From the NCBI RefSeq assembly GCF_038130085.1, contig NZ_JAYPMU010000016.1:12465-76464 (forward strand): DNA of 64,000 nt, written 5' to 3'. Source of the DNA: Halopseudomonas sp. (lineage in GTDB: Bacteria > Pseudomonadota > Gammaproteobacteria > Pseudomonadales > Pseudomonadaceae). The notes below the pieces were generated by a model. That model saw only the letters and a program-made list of their open reading frames with translations. It did no database searches and was not told the DNA's origin. The translations under genes and the position numbers were made by a program. Numbering within the stretch: the stretch's first letter is position 1; the number at the start of each line of letters is the position of its first letter. Below are positions 1 through 14,299 of the stretch, one piece after another.

Positions 1-615
1 AATCTCATCGCCGATGCGCGTATCGGGACCGTGCCCGGTCACTACAATCGCATCTTCATCAAGCGTATAGAGTCGTTCACGGATCGATCGTTCAATCTGA
101 CGCGAGTCACCGCCCCACAGATCGGTCCGCCCAATACCGCGCCGAAACAGCGTATCGCCCGCAATCAGCAGCTTGCCTTCGGGAAACCAAAAGCTCATCG
201 ACCCCGGCGTGTGACCCGGCGTATGCAGGGCAACGCCGCAACCACAAGCCAGCTCCTCATCGTCCTGCAGCCACTGATCCGGCGCCGGAGCAGGTTTGTA
301 GGGAATGCCGAACATCTTGCATTGCATCTCCAGATTGTCCCAGAGGAACTGGTCTTCCTTGTGCAAATGCAAGGTCGCCCCAGTCAACTTCTTCAACTCG
401 CCAGAAGCGAGAAAGTGATCAAGGTGCGCGTGGGTATGAATGATGCTGATCAGCTTGAGCCCCAGTTCATTGAGGCGCTTGACGATAAACTCATGGTCCC
501 CGCCCGGATCAACCACAATAGCCTTCTTGCTGATCGGATCACCGATCAAGGTGCAGTTGCACTGCAACGGACCAACGGGAAAGGTTTCGCGGATCAAGGT
601 TGGAGCTGGGTTCAT
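1..615 (-). CDS. MBL-fold metallo-hydrolase (glyoxalase II/YcbL-like), 3' end runs off the window
   Basis: Not in the ORF track. Manual minus-strand translation from the ATG at 615 gives MNPAPTLIRETFPVGPLQCNCTLIGDPISKKAIVVDPGGD...HTHAHLDH...HTPGHTPGS...GDTLF...GHG, the HxHxDH metallo-beta-lactamase motif set. Confidence 0.9.
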   Translation of the reverse strand, partial: MNPAPTLIRETFPVGPLQCNCTLIGDPISKKAIVVDPGGDHEFIVKRLNELGLKLISIIHTHAHLDHFLASGELKKLTGATLHLHKEDQFLWDNLEMQCKMFGIPYKPAPAPDQWLQDDEELACGCGVALHTPGHTPGSMSFWFPEGKLLIAGDTLFRRGIGRTDLWGGDSRQIERSIRERLYTLDEDAIVVTGHGPDTRIGDEI

Positions 616-823
616 GGTGCTTCCGACATCAGACAGACTGGAGGCTACGCAGCTGCGCAACCAGTGTACTTAGCCGCAAAGTATAGGGAGCTCAACTCAT
701 ATGAGCCAGTCACTAGCACAAGCCTTCAGAAGCCCAAAGCCTATGCGCTACGCCAACAACCTGAAAGCCACCCATTAAAAAAGCGTGCACCAAGCACGAA
801 TTCAGCCGCATGCCCCACCCGCA

Positions 824-3118
824 CTAGCTGACATCCGCCGTCGCTTCGATAGCCAGCACCCAAGCCTCAAACTTATCCGCCGGCATCGGCGGCGAGAATA
901 GGTATCCCTGGGCCTGGTCGCAGCCAAGTCCACGCAGCGTGCCCAACGTTTCGCTATCTTCGATACCCTCGGCGGTGGTCTTCAACCCCAGACTCGCCGC
1001 CATCTGCACCACCGCCTGCACAATGGCGGCGTTCTGAGAGTTGAGCGTCACATCACGCACAAATGACTGATCGACCTTCAACTTATCGACCATGAAGCGC
1101 TGCAGGTAGGTCAGATTCGAATAGCCCGTACCGAAGTCGTCGATCGCCAGGCGCACACCGAGCCGGCGCAAGCGCGCCAGCAGATCGACGAACTGCTCTG
1201 GCTCATTGATCAGCGCTGACTCAGTGATTTCCAGCTCGAGCAAATTGGCTGGCGTGCCATGCACCTCCAGTGCCCGTGCCAACACGTGGTCCACATCCCC
1301 ACGGCCAAATTGCTTGGCCGAGATATTGATCGCCAGTGTCAGCTCGTTGAACGCTGGCTGAGCGTGCCAGCGGGTCAGAGTTGCACAGGCCTGATCAATC
1401 ACCCAGCTACCGATCTCAATGATCAGTCCGGCCTTCTCGGCGATCGGAATAAACACTCCCGGGGAGACAAAGCCACGAACCGGATGCACCCAGCGAATCA
1501 AGGCCTCGGCTCCCACCACGCGCTCGGTGTGCATGTCCAGAATCGGCTGCAAGTACAGCTCGAACTCGTTGCGCTGCACCGCGCCATGCAGATCGTTGGT
1601 CAGTAGGATCTCCTCGTGCAACTGGCCATCCATCGCACTATCAAAAAAGCGGATTGCGTTCTGCCCAGCTTCCTTCGCGCTTTTTACCGCCAGACTGGCC
1701 TGTTTCAGTAGATGCTCGAAACTATCGCCGTCGTTGGGGTATAGCGCCACCCCAATAGACGCGGTGATATTCAGCTCTATACCTGCCAGTTGATAGGGCC
1801 TGGCCATACTTTGCAGCAGCCCAGCGGCAATACTGCTGGCACTTGCCACTCCTTCCTGCAATGGCAGCAACAGCAGAAACTCGTCACGCGAAACCCGCGC
1901 CAGCGATGGATTGGCGTTGCTGGCATCTGCCAATCGGGCTGCAACCAGACTCAACAGTTCGTCCCCCTTGGTATAACCAAAAGCATCGTTTATCCCGGAA
2001 AAGCGGTCGATATTGACTAGCATCAGCGCATGCATGCGGCCGTCGCGCAGTGCTACCCGAGCCAGCCGCTCGATACCAAAACGATTCAGCGCTCCGGTAA
2101 GACGATCATGTGTCGCCTGCTGGATCAGTTGCTGCTCTGCCTCACGAATGTCCGTTTCGTCAGACAGCACTACCTGAATCGCTGGCTCACCTGCCCACTC
2201 AGTCACCCAACAGGTCAGACGCAGCTGAAGGGTTCTCCCTGTGTGATCTTTCAGCGCCTGAACCCAGGACAAATTCTCCAGCTCGCCCGAGCGTAACTTT
2301 TCCAATCGCTGACCAAGCAGTTGGCGATCAAAATCATTGAGCGCCAAGCGCGCCCAATTGTCCGGAATCTGCGCATGACCTTTCAGGCCGAACAGACGCA
2401 AGGCTACCGGGTTGGCGTAAACAAAATGCTCTCCGACCATGATCAACACACCCTGGTGCGACCCATCAGTCAGCCGCAGAAACTGTGAACTCATGCGCTC
2501 CGCGTCACGCGCAGCGCGGTCAACACAGGCGTACAACAACGCCAAGCCGAGCATCAGCCTAACCAAGGTAACGATCTCTGCCTGAACCGGCTGAAACTCA
2601 ACACCCCAAATCGGCGTTATCCACCAGCACAAGGCGTTTACCAGCAGCAGAACCGCGGCCAATTTTTCAGCGGGTGGCCCCTGCCGCAGCAGCCGGGCAA
2701 CAAACACCGCAACGACGGAAAAAATGGCTGCAATGGTCAACACCGCCAGTCGTGGTGACACACTCAGGGCCACCATCAATGCCACGAACATGACTAAGCC
2801 GGACATCAAGAAATGCCACAACCGATAGCCAGCGCCGTGCATCAGCGATACACCGTACAACAGGAACAGCATGCTCAAGGCACCGTGAGCACACCAGATG
2901 ACGCCGCCCAGCCAGTTCAGCGATGAGTCGCTGAAATACAGCAGGTAGGACGGCACCCACACAGCGCCGACCATAAAGAAAAGGCCAATCCAACGGGTAA
3001 ACGGTTGTCCTCTACCCCGCTTCCACGCCAATAGCAGGGCGCCGCCAACGGCGAGGTTAACGGCCATGGAATACAGCATGAATAACGGCATGAAACCTAC
3101 TCCAGCGGCAGCCGTCAT
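824..3118 (-). CDS. Membrane-anchored PAS-GGDEF(degenerate)-EAL c-di-GMP phosphodiesterase
   Basis: About 200 aa hydrophobic multi-TM N-terminus, a PAS-like segment, HDRLTGALNR start of GGDEF with signature SRDEF, and EALIRW, EITES and DDFGTGYS EAL motifs. Confidence 0.9.
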   Translation of the reverse strand: MTAAAGVGFMPLFMLYSMAVNLAVGGALLLAWKRGRGQPFTRWIGLFFMVGAVWVPSYLLYFSDSSLNWLGGVIWCAHGALSMLFLLYGVSLMHGAGYRLWHFLMSGLVMFVALMVALSVSPRLAVLTIAAIFSVVAVFVARLLRQGPPAEKLAAVLLLVNALCWWITPIWGVEFQPVQAEIVTLVRLMLGLALLYACVDRAARDAERMSSQFLRLTDGSHQGVLIMVGEHFVYANPVALRLFGLKGHAQIPDNWARLALNDFDRQLLGQRLEKLRSGELENLSWVQALKDHTGRTLQLRLTCWVTEWAGEPAIQVVLSDETDIREAEQQLIQQATHDRLTGALNRFGIERLARVALRDGRMHALMLVNIDRFSGINDAFGYTKGDELLSLVAARLADASNANPSLARVSRDEFLLLLPLQEGVASASSIAAGLLQSMARPYQLAGIELNITASIGVALYPNDGDSFEHLLKQASLAVKSAKEAGQNAIRFFDSAMDGQLHEEILLTNDLHGAVQRNEFELYLQPILDMHTERVVGAEALIRWVHPVRGFVSPGVFIPIAEKAGLIIEIGSWVIDQACATLTRWHAQPAFNELTLAINISAKQFGRGDVDHVLARALEVHGTPANLLELEITESALINEPEQFVDLLARLRRLGVRLAIDDFGTGYSNLTYLQRFMVDKLKVDQSFVRDVTLNSQNAAIVQAVVQMAASLGLKTTAEGIEDSETLGTLRGLGCDQAQGYLFSPPMPADKFEAWVLAIEATADVS

Positions 3119-3324
3119 CGCTGTTTAGACGGCGTATTCAGAACAAGGACGCACACACCCTGCTCAAGGTATAGCACCGAGCCATGATTTATTCCTTGTC
3201 AAAGCGGACAGACCCGCGCAATCCAATTGCCCCGCAGTAGTCCCTGCGAACCATGCTGTCGATTGGGTAGCCCAAGGCAGCGGATACTCTGCTATCGTTC
3301 TCTGCAAAACCAAGAAAGAACCCC

Positions 3325-5106
3325 GTGACACTATTCATTTCCGCAGCCCTTCTCCGCTACCTCGCCAGGCTAGGCCTTGTTGTCTTGGCCCTGTTTGCGG
3401 CTGCGACTCACGCTCAGGCTGCGCAAGGCGCCATCGACGTTCAACGCCCTAATACAGAGCTGCTCGGCCGTCATTTCTCACTGCTGGTTGAGCGCGACGG
3501 GCCACTGAACATCGACCAGGCCTACGACCGCTTCAGCACCGGTCAACTGCCCAAAGGCGCCTACGACGTTCTCAGCTTCGGCCTCAACTCGGAGCCACTG
3601 TGGCTATTTCTGCGTCTAAGCAACGGCGGCGAGACCCCGGTAAACAAACAACTGAGTATTGAGGCATCCTGGCTGGACCGGATCGAGCTCTACCTTTACC
3701 AGGGCAGTACGCTCACCCACTCCTCGCTAATGGGCGACGCTTTGCCATACGCCGCCCGTCCGCAGCCCAGCAACTACTTCGTCAACAGCCTGGACATCCC
3801 GCCCGGGGATAGCGTGCTGATCCTGCGGATCAGCAGCTCCGACCCTATGGTGCTGCCAATTCGGCTGTCGGATCACGCCTACCTCCACACACTGGAGCGC
3901 CTGGACGCCTACCACTACGGCTTTCTGTATGGCCTTGTCGTTGCTTTGATGCTCTACAACCTGCTGCTTTTTCTTCGCCTGCGCAGCCCGCCATACCTGT
4001 TCTACTCCATCTACATGCTGGCCTTTGTGACCATGAATATCGCCTATAGCGGGCACGGCTTTGCCTGGTTATGGAGCGACAGCGTCACCCTGCAGAAGTG
4101 GTCAAACGCGCTGTTCATGATCCTCTACTCAGTTGCCGGACTGAGCTTTGCCGTGTACTTCCTCGACGTCCGCTCTCACGCGCGACGGCTGGCGCGGCTG
4201 ATCGACGCCTACGTCTACTCCGTGGTGTTCAGCATCTTCTTCTGCATCGCGTTCAACCTCCACGCCCTCGCCATCGTCCTGTCGTTTGTCTACGTATTCA
4301 TATTCACCATCGGTGTGCTTTTGCTTGGTATCCACGCGGTACTCAAGCGCCGCCCATCCGCCGATTACTTTCTGGCAGCGACCCTGATTGGTGCCATCGG
4401 TGCAGGCATCAGCTGCATTACGGTCTGGGGCTGGATTCCGTTCACCCGTTTCACCTATCTGGCAGTGGAACTGGGGTTGTCGCTCGAGGCGGTCTTGCTA
4501 TCGCTAGCGGTTGCCGACCGGTTCAACCTGGTTCGACAAAAGAAGGAAGTGGCGGAGCGCCTGGCCCGCATTGATCCACTGACCGAGCTCTATAACCGCA
4601 GGGCCTCCCGGGAGCTGCTGCTTCCGCATTGGGAGGTTGGCAACCGTCAAGGCCAGCCGCTCTCGGTAATCATCATCGACATCGACCATTTCAAGCAGAT
4701 CAACGACAGCTATGGTCACGACGCTGGCGATCAGGTGATCGTGCAGGTTGCCAACCTGATCAAACGCAACTCACGCGCGGATGACATTGCCGTGCGCTGG
4801 GGTGGCGAAGAGTTTCTGATTTACCTGCCCGGAACCCGACTGCAGCAGGCGGGCATGATCGCAGAACGTTTGCGCTGCGACGTTGGGCAACAGGAATTTA
4901 CCTGTAATGGCAGTCGGTTCTCGGTGACCTGCAGCTTTGGCGTTGCAGAAAGAAGCAGCACCGACACACAGCCGGAGCAGCTGTTCAAGCGGGCAGATGA
5001 ATTGCTCTATCAGGCCAAGCAGTCAGGTCGCAACCAAGTGATGCTGGATATGCAGAACACCCCGCCTGCAGAGGTAGAGCGCAGCCTCAACCACGCAGCT
5101 GACTGA
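3325..5106 (+). CDS. 7TM-DISM sensor diguanylate cyclase
   Basis: Signal/periplasmic DISMED2-like region, 7TM region (YGLVVALMLYNLLLF), and DPLTELYNRR...RADD...GGEEF, an intact active site with an RxxD I-site. Confidence 0.9.
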   Translation: MTLFISAALLRYLARLGLVVLALFAAATHAQAAQGAIDVQRPNTELLGRHFSLLVERDGPLNIDQAYDRFSTGQLPKGAYDVLSFGLNSEPLWLFLRLSNGGETPVNKQLSIEASWLDRIELYLYQGSTLTHSSLMGDALPYAARPQPSNYFVNSLDIPPGDSVLILRISSSDPMVLPIRLSDHAYLHTLERLDAYHYGFLYGLVVALMLYNLLLFLRLRSPPYLFYSIYMLAFVTMNIAYSGHGFAWLWSDSVTLQKWSNALFMILYSVAGLSFAVYFLDVRSHARRLARLIDAYVYSVVFSIFFCIAFNLHALAIVLSFVYVFIFTIGVLLLGIHAVLKRRPSADYFLAATLIGAIGAGISCITVWGWIPFTRFTYLAVELGLSLEAVLLSLAVADRFNLVRQKKEVAERLARIDPLTELYNRRASRELLLPHWEVGNRQGQPLSVIIIDIDHFKQINDSYGHDAGDQVIVQVANLIKRNSRADDIAVRWGGEEFLIYLPGTRLQQAGMIAERLRCDVGQQEFTCNGSRFSVTCSFGVAERSSTDTQPEQLFKRADELLYQAKQSGRNQVMLDMQNTPPAEVERSLNHAAD

Positions 5107-5123
5107 CTCCCACAGGCTACTCG

Positions 5124-5496
5124 TCAGGCGCGCCGCGGGGCATCCAGGGCACGCTGGACGCTTCCTGTCAGCACCTCAGCACTCAAGGGCTTGACCAGAT
5201 AGTCCATCGCGCCGGCAGCCAGGACCTCGGCAATCTTGGCCGGCTCACCATCTGCACTCATCACCAGAATCGGCAGGGTCCCCATCGCTGACTGCGTTTT
5301 TATGCGCCGCAGCAACTCCAGCCCCGACATGTCTGGCAGGCCCAAATCAAGCAACAGCAGATCCGGCTGTTGCTCAAGCAGCTGCAACGCATCAAGGCCG
5401 CAGGTGGCGATGCAGACGGTGTAGAGCTGGCAGAGATGGCTGGCCACAACGCGCGCGGTGGTGACATCATCCTCGACGATCAGAATACGCTGGCCG

Positions 5497-5504
<8 letters not shown>
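5124..5504 (-). CDS. Single-domain response regulator (REC)
   Basis: ILIVEDD...LLLLDLGLPDMSG...SA...GAMDYLVKP receiver motifs. Confidence 0.9.
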
Positions 5505-9126
<3,622 letters not shown>

Positions 9127-9137
9127 GGCTCACTCCA

Positions 9138-11234
9138 TCAACTGTCGCCATCAGGTTCGCTGACAAAACGCTGCATGAAGGCCTCAAAGTCAGACCGGTT
9201 CAATGGCCTGCTGAACAGGTATCCCTGATAAAAGTCGCATCCCAGACTGCTCAACAGCATCTGCTGCTCTTCATTCTCGATACCTTCCGCGACTACCTGC
9301 AGGCCCAGATTACGGGCAATCCGCAAGATGCCGTCGCACAGGTGATAGTCCGCGCCAAAGTCTCGCAGGCTGGCGACGAACGACTTATCGATTTTGAGCA
9401 GCTTCACCGGGTAGTGCTTAAGGTAGGAAAGGGACGAGTAGCCGGTACCGAAATCGTCGATGGCGATTTCTATGCCCAGCCCCTGATAGGAGTCGAGAAT
9501 CCGCCGGGTGACCTGCGAGTGATCCATCAGCGAATGCTCGGTGATCTCGATCACCAGATTGCGACCGCTGAGACCGTGATGATGCAGAGCGCGAGTCATC
9601 GAACCGATGCTTTCGTCATGGTCATAGAACTCGTACGGCGATTTGTTGATGCTGAGCTGAAAGTTCTGACCGAACAGCGCCACCCACTCAGCCAGTGAGC
9701 TCAGCGCCTGATCGGTTACCCAATTGCCGAGCTGCTTGATCAGCCCGTACTTCTCCGCTAGCGGAATAAAGCGGTCTGGCGGTACAAAGCCCAGCTCTGG
9801 GTGGCGCCAGCGAATCAACGCCTCAGCCTTGACTACACGCAGGGTATGGGCGTCGAGAATCGGCTGATAGTGCAACTCCAACTCGCGATTTTCGATTGCC
9901 AGGCTGAGCGCCTGCACCAGCGAGTAATCCTCAGGTCGGTCGCTCTCAGCGATACCGGAGAAGAAACGGAACTGCGACTTGCCCTTCTTCTTGGCGCCGT
10001 ACATCGCGTGATCCGCTTTTTGCAGCAGACTCTTGAGGTCGCCACCATCATCAGGGAAAACAGCAATACCGATGCTGCAGGTCATCGCGATCATGGTGCC
10101 GTCGATCTCCACCACCGCGCCAACCTGATCAATGATCTTCTGCGCGGTGTCCTGGATACCGCTGGTAGAGGAAAAACCGGACAGGCAAACAATGAACTCG
10201 TCGCCACCGAAGCGCGCCAGTTCATCGGATTCACGCAGGCAGCCCTTGAGCGTTGTGGCGACGTGAAACAGCAGCTTGTCGCCGAAGTCATGGCCATAGG
10301 TATCGTTGTAGATCTTGAAGTTGTCAATATCCAGCAACAGCAACGCAAAGCGCTTCTCGCACAGGCTGGACATGCGCACCAAGTCGTCGACGTAACGACT
10401 GAATCCCTCGCGGTTGAACAACTGGGTCGTTGCGTCGAAGTTGGCCTGCTTCCAGATCATCTCCTCGTGGATGATCTCCTTGGTGATGTCGCGGGCAATC
10501 TTGCACACACCACAGACCCGGCGGCGGCTGTCGTAGACCGGCGAAATCGACACCGATACGTAAATTGGCGCGCCATCCTTCTTCAAACGGGTCGTGCGAA
10601 AGTGACGGATGTGTTCGCCGCGGCGAATCGCCTCAAGAATGCGCTGCTCTTCCTTCAGCCGATCCGGCGGAAACAGGCGGGTAATCGGCTGGCCAATCAT
10701 TTCGGCGCTGCTGTAGCCAAACATCTGCTCGGCCGCCGGATTCCATGTCTGCACGTTGCCCTGCAGGTCTTTACTGATAATGGCGTCTTCGGAGGACTCG
10801 ATCAGTGCCTGATAGCGGGCGATTTCCTGCTCGGTACGCACCTGCGCGGTGATGTCACGAGCGATGCTGGATACCCCGACCACCAGACCATCCCAGCTGC
10901 GTATGGGTGACGCGGTGACCGATACGTTGAGCAGGCTGCCGTCCTTGTGCACACGCTGGGTATGAAAGTGATCGACCTTTCCGCCCTTGGCTATCTGCGA
11001 CAGGATCGCCGACTCTTCCAGCTCCTTGCCTTCGGGAAACAGAAGAATCATCTTCGCGCCGATCATCTCCTCGGCCGTATACCCGAAGATACGCTCGGCA
11101 GCGAGGTTCCAGCTTAGAATGGTCCCAGCCAGATCCTTGCTGATGATGGCATCATCCGAGCCCTCGACAATCGCCTTGAATTGAGAATTCTGGTCGAAGC
11201 CCGAAAGACCCAGCGTTTTACTGAGCGAATCCAT
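9138..11234 (-). CDS. PAS-PAS-GGDEF-EAL protein
   Basis: Two near-duplicate PAS domains (SDDAIISKDL / SEDAIISKDL), intact GGDEF with RESD I-site, EALIRW, DDFGTGYSSL. Start placed at MDSLSK (11234); the ORF-track extension to 11405 looks non-coding. Confidence 0.9.
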   Translation of the reverse strand: MDSLSKTLGLSGFDQNSQFKAIVEGSDDAIISKDLAGTILSWNLAAERIFGYTAEEMIGAKMILLFPEGKELEESAILSQIAKGGKVDHFHTQRVHKDGSLLNVSVTASPIRSWDGLVVGVSSIARDITAQVRTEQEIARYQALIESSEDAIISKDLQGNVQTWNPAAEQMFGYSSAEMIGQPITRLFPPDRLKEEQRILEAIRRGEHIRHFRTTRLKKDGAPIYVSVSISPVYDSRRRVCGVCKIARDITKEIIHEEMIWKQANFDATTQLFNREGFSRYVDDLVRMSSLCEKRFALLLLDIDNFKIYNDTYGHDFGDKLLFHVATTLKGCLRESDELARFGGDEFIVCLSGFSSTSGIQDTAQKIIDQVGAVVEIDGTMIAMTCSIGIAVFPDDGGDLKSLLQKADHAMYGAKKKGKSQFRFFSGIAESDRPEDYSLVQALSLAIENRELELHYQPILDAHTLRVVKAEALIRWRHPELGFVPPDRFIPLAEKYGLIKQLGNWVTDQALSSLAEWVALFGQNFQLSINKSPYEFYDHDESIGSMTRALHHHGLSGRNLVIEITEHSLMDHSQVTRRILDSYQGLGIEIAIDDFGTGYSSLSYLKHYPVKLLKIDKSFVASLRDFGADYHLCDGILRIARNLGLQVVAEGIENEEQQMLLSSLGCDFYQGYLFSRPLNRSDFEAFMQRFVSEPDGDS

Positions 11235-11571
11235 TGGCACGTCCTCGTACGTCACACGCACAAACCACCTAACGAACCCGGGCATCACAGGATGCCTTGC
11301 AGCCCAGCTTAGACAATCATGGCAAAACCGTAGCACCTGGTCGCAAATTACCGCCGTGCGAAGCCGACCGCCCGACAGCAGGTCACCAATACGCCAGAAA
11401 AACACGCCGCGCGATGCGCAATCCGCCGCATTGTCGCCTAGAGGTCATTTCGGCCGAAACCGCTATGCTAGAGTCCGACGCAACAGCTGAACCGGCGGGA
11501 ACACCCGTCAATTGAGCTGTTGCAATAAAACCCAATAACAACCCCATCAATCGGTTCCAACGGAGTCACGT

Positions 11572-12330
11572 ATGGAATACAAGAAGGTTTTAATTACCGG
11601 TGCAGGTGGTGATCTCGGGGCCGCGCTGTGCCGTCGCTTTGCTCAGGCAGGCAGTGCCATTGTGGCGGTCAACCGCTCACAGGCCCCAGTGCAGAAGCTG
11701 GCCGCCGAACTCGGCGACAGCGTGGACTTCAGTTCCTACTTTGTCGATTTTGCCGATCTGGAAGCACTGGACAAACTGGTGCCCACCATCCTCGCCGAGC
11801 ATCCGGATATTGATCTGCTGGTGCTTAACGCCGGTATCGACGTGCCGCAAAAGCTGACCAAGCCGGATTGGCGACTGGCCAAGCAGCACTTCGACGTGAA
11901 CGTGATTTCCAGCTATGTGATTCTGTCCCACGCAGCGCCGCTGCTGATCGAACGCAACAGCGGTCGCATTGCGGTGGTCTCAAGCATGGCCAGTTACGCC
12001 GGCTTCCCCTACGAGCACGCCTACAACGGCTCCAAGGCGGCGGCGCGCATGCTGGTTGACGGCATCCGCGCGGAGCTGACCAACACCAATGTCGAAGTCA
12101 CCGGCATCTACCCGGGCTTCCTGGAAGGCCGCATGGCCGCCAGCAACGCCTGGACCGTCGACAGCGTCGTCAGTCTCGCTGACGCCTCCGAGACCATCTA
12201 CCAGGGTCTGGTCGCCGAGAAGCCGGAAATACGCTTCCCGGAAGAGCTGGCGGCGATGGTTGATCAGGTCGTCAGCCTGTCGGTCGAAGAGCGCAATGGG
12301 CTGGTCAACAGCATGATGAAGCACGACTGA
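11572..12330 (+). CDS. SDR family oxidoreductase
   Basis: TGAGGDLG Rossmann motif, LNAG, and YNGSK (YxxxK). Confidence 0.9.
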   Translation: MEYKKVLITGAGGDLGAALCRRFAQAGSAIVAVNRSQAPVQKLAAELGDSVDFSSYFVDFADLEALDKLVPTILAEHPDIDLLVLNAGIDVPQKLTKPDWRLAKQHFDVNVISSYVILSHAAPLLIERNSGRIAVVSSMASYAGFPYEHAYNGSKAAARMLVDGIRAELTNTNVEVTGIYPGFLEGRMAASNAWTVDSVVSLADASETIYQGLVAEKPEIRFPEELAAMVDQVVSLSVEERNGLVNSMMKHD

Positions 12331-12349
12331 GCGGGCCGGACGCCTGCGC

Positions 12350-12718
12350 TCAGGCGTCGCGCGCAAAGCGCTGCCGCACCCTAAAGGGCGGCAGCCACAC
12401 CTCACGCCGACAGGTCCACAACTCGTAGGTCGGCACAAACTGATCCGGCGCATCCAGCGTACCCAGATGCACCTCCATGTCGTCGCCGCTGCGTGAATAC
12501 ACCGACGACCCGCAGACTGGGCAGAAATGGCGCCCGGCGTAATCCGCAGTCCTACCCGTCACCTGAACCGCCGCCGACGTAAAGATCGCCGAAGCATGAA
12601 ACAGTGCGCCGTGGTGCTTGCGGCAATCCAGGCAATGGCAAACACCGACGCGCAGTGGCTCGCCTACGGCAACCAGCCGCACAGCCCCGCACAAGCAACC
12701 ACCGCTGACGCTTGGCAT
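12350..12718 (-). CDS. GFA/CENP-V family protein
   Basis: GGCLCGAV, CHCLDCRK and HFCPVCGS zinc motifs; start at MPSVSG (12718). Confidence 0.88.
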   Translation of the reverse strand: MPSVSGGCLCGAVRLVAVGEPLRVGVCHCLDCRKHHGALFHASAIFTSAAVQVTGRTADYAGRHFCPVCGSSVYSRSGDDMEVHLGTLDAPDQFVPTYELWTCRREVWLPPFRVRQRFARDA

Positions 12719-12740
12719 TCCTGCCTCCCGATCCGCCCCG

Positions 12741-13613
12741 TTAGTGACCAAAGCCAAACTGTTTAGGCCAATCCCGCCGGGTGAATACCTGGCCGTTATC
12801 GCGCACCCGGCGCACTTCATCCAGATCCAGCCGACAAATCAGCCACTGACTGCTGTCCGGGCATAACTCGGGGCTTTCGGCGACGATGCCGCTGGCCGGC
12901 ATGCCGTAATCCGAGGGCACATAGAGCGCAGCGCGGCCGTTGTTCTCGTCCAGTGCAGGTGACCACGGGGCCATACCGACAGTGGGTGCCTGCAGCACCG
13001 CGATCTGGTTTTCCAGCGCCCGCGCCTGCGCGCCAATGCGCACCCGGTAGAAGCCCGCCACCGTATCGGTACAGCTGGGCGCCAGAATCAGATCGGCGCC
13101 CTGCTCGGCCAGCGCCCGCGCCAGCATGGGGAATTCGTTGTCGTAGCAGATCAAAATGCCGAGCTTACCGAGTGCGGTATCGAACACCCGCAATTCGCTG
13201 CCGGCGGCGATGTTCCACTGTTCCAGTTCGAAGCGGGTCATCATCAGCTTGTCCTGACTGCCAAGGCAGCCCTCGGGGCCAAACAACCAGGCGCGGTTGC
13301 GATATTGCCCGTCAGCGTCCAGCACCGGCAGCGAGCCCGGCTGCAGATAGACGTTACAGTCCCGCGCGATCTGCTCACACAGCGCCAGCCAGCGAGGCGC
13401 CAGCGGCTGGATGCCGGCAATCGAGGCGTGCAGATCGCTGCGCTCGGCGGCGGGCAGCTGGCCGCTGAGCACCAGTCCGGCGTACTCCGGCAGCAGCAGC
13501 AGTTGGGCGCCCTGCTCGGCTGCCTGCTGGCACAGGCTCGTCAGGTGCTCGGCGTAGGCATCCCACGTCTCCAGCAGGTCAATGTGGTACTGGCAGGCAG
13601 CGAGGGTAAGCAT
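12741..13613 (-). CDS. Carbon-nitrogen hydrolase (nitrilase superfamily, RimI-associated subgroup)
   Basis: Catalytic triad motifs LLPEY, QDKLMMTRFE and ICYDNEFP. Confidence 0.88.
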   Translation of the reverse strand: MLTLAACQYHIDLLETWDAYAEHLTSLCQQAAEQGAQLLLLPEYAGLVLSGQLPAAERSDLHASIAGIQPLAPRWLALCEQIARDCNVYLQPGSLPVLDADGQYRNRAWLFGPEGCLGSQDKLMMTRFELEQWNIAAGSELRVFDTALGKLGILICYDNEFPMLARALAEQGADLILAPSCTDTVAGFYRVRIGAQARALENQIAVLQAPTVGMAPWSPALDENNGRAALYVPSDYGMPASGIVAESPELCPDSSQWLICRLDLDEVRRVRDNGQVFTRRDWPKQFGFGH

Positions 13614-14200
13614 TAGATAAGCTCCTTGAGCCAGAACGACATCGGCTTGGCCGACTCGTCGGCCTCATCCAGATCACGCCAGTGATACACCGTCGCCAAC
13701 TCAGGATGGTGCTGATAGCCGCGGTGCGTCCAGAAGTCGTCAAGTGGCTGGTAATCCGCCGGCCGCCGCGGGTGATCGGCCGGGCGTTGCACCGCGCAGA
13801 ACGCTGACCAGTCGAAACGGCCAAGCCGGCGGGCATGCCCTTCCCGCTCGGCAAAGAACCGCACGCCGAGCCCCTTGCCACGCCATTCGGGCAGCACCAC
13901 CGACTCGGCACAGTAGAAGATGCGCTCACAGTCCCAACCCTGCGCAACGAAGGGCCGCTTGAACTCCTCGGTCTCATCTGCCAACGGCAGCGCAGTCGAG
14001 GCACCAACCACCTGACCTTGGTCCTGCACCAGCACACACAGACTGTCCGGGCTGCGCAGGTAGGTCGACAGATACTCCGCCTCGTACTCGCGACTGCCGT
14101 CGTACAGATAGGGAAACTCGCGAAACACGCGGATGCGCAGGTCTGCCAGGGCATCAATCCAGGGCGCAATCTGCTGCCCGCTGAGCAGGTGGATATCCAT
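13613..14200 (-). CDS. GNAT family N-acetyltransferase
   Basis: LRIRVFREFPYLYDG and ESVVLPEWRGKGLG (acetyl-CoA binding R/QxxGxG). The stop codon overlaps the nitrilase start by 1 nt. Confidence 0.87.
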   Translation of the reverse strand: MDIHLLSGQQIAPWIDALADLRIRVFREFPYLYDGSREYEAEYLSTYLRSPDSLCVLVQDQGQVVGASTALPLADETEEFKRPFVAQGWDCERIFYCAESVVLPEWRGKGLGVRFFAEREGHARRLGRFDWSAFCAVQRPADHPRRPADYQPLDDFWTHRGYQHHPELATVYHWRDLDEADESAKPMSFWLKELI

Positions 14201-14299
14201 GCTGAAACTCACTGCCAATTTGTCTCGCCGGCGTCTGTACCGGCACCTGCGGGCAACTTATCATGCCTGCAACCTAACCTCTAACCGGAGCCATCAAAC

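Noticed and set aside
11321-11353. GGCAAAACC...GGTCGCAAA, resembling a c-di-GMP-I (GEMM) riboswitch next to c-di-GMP genes
   Set aside because: There is no GNRA-capped P2 stem, no tetraloop receptor/P3, and the orientation is away from the signalling genes. Likely chance; cmscan would settle it.
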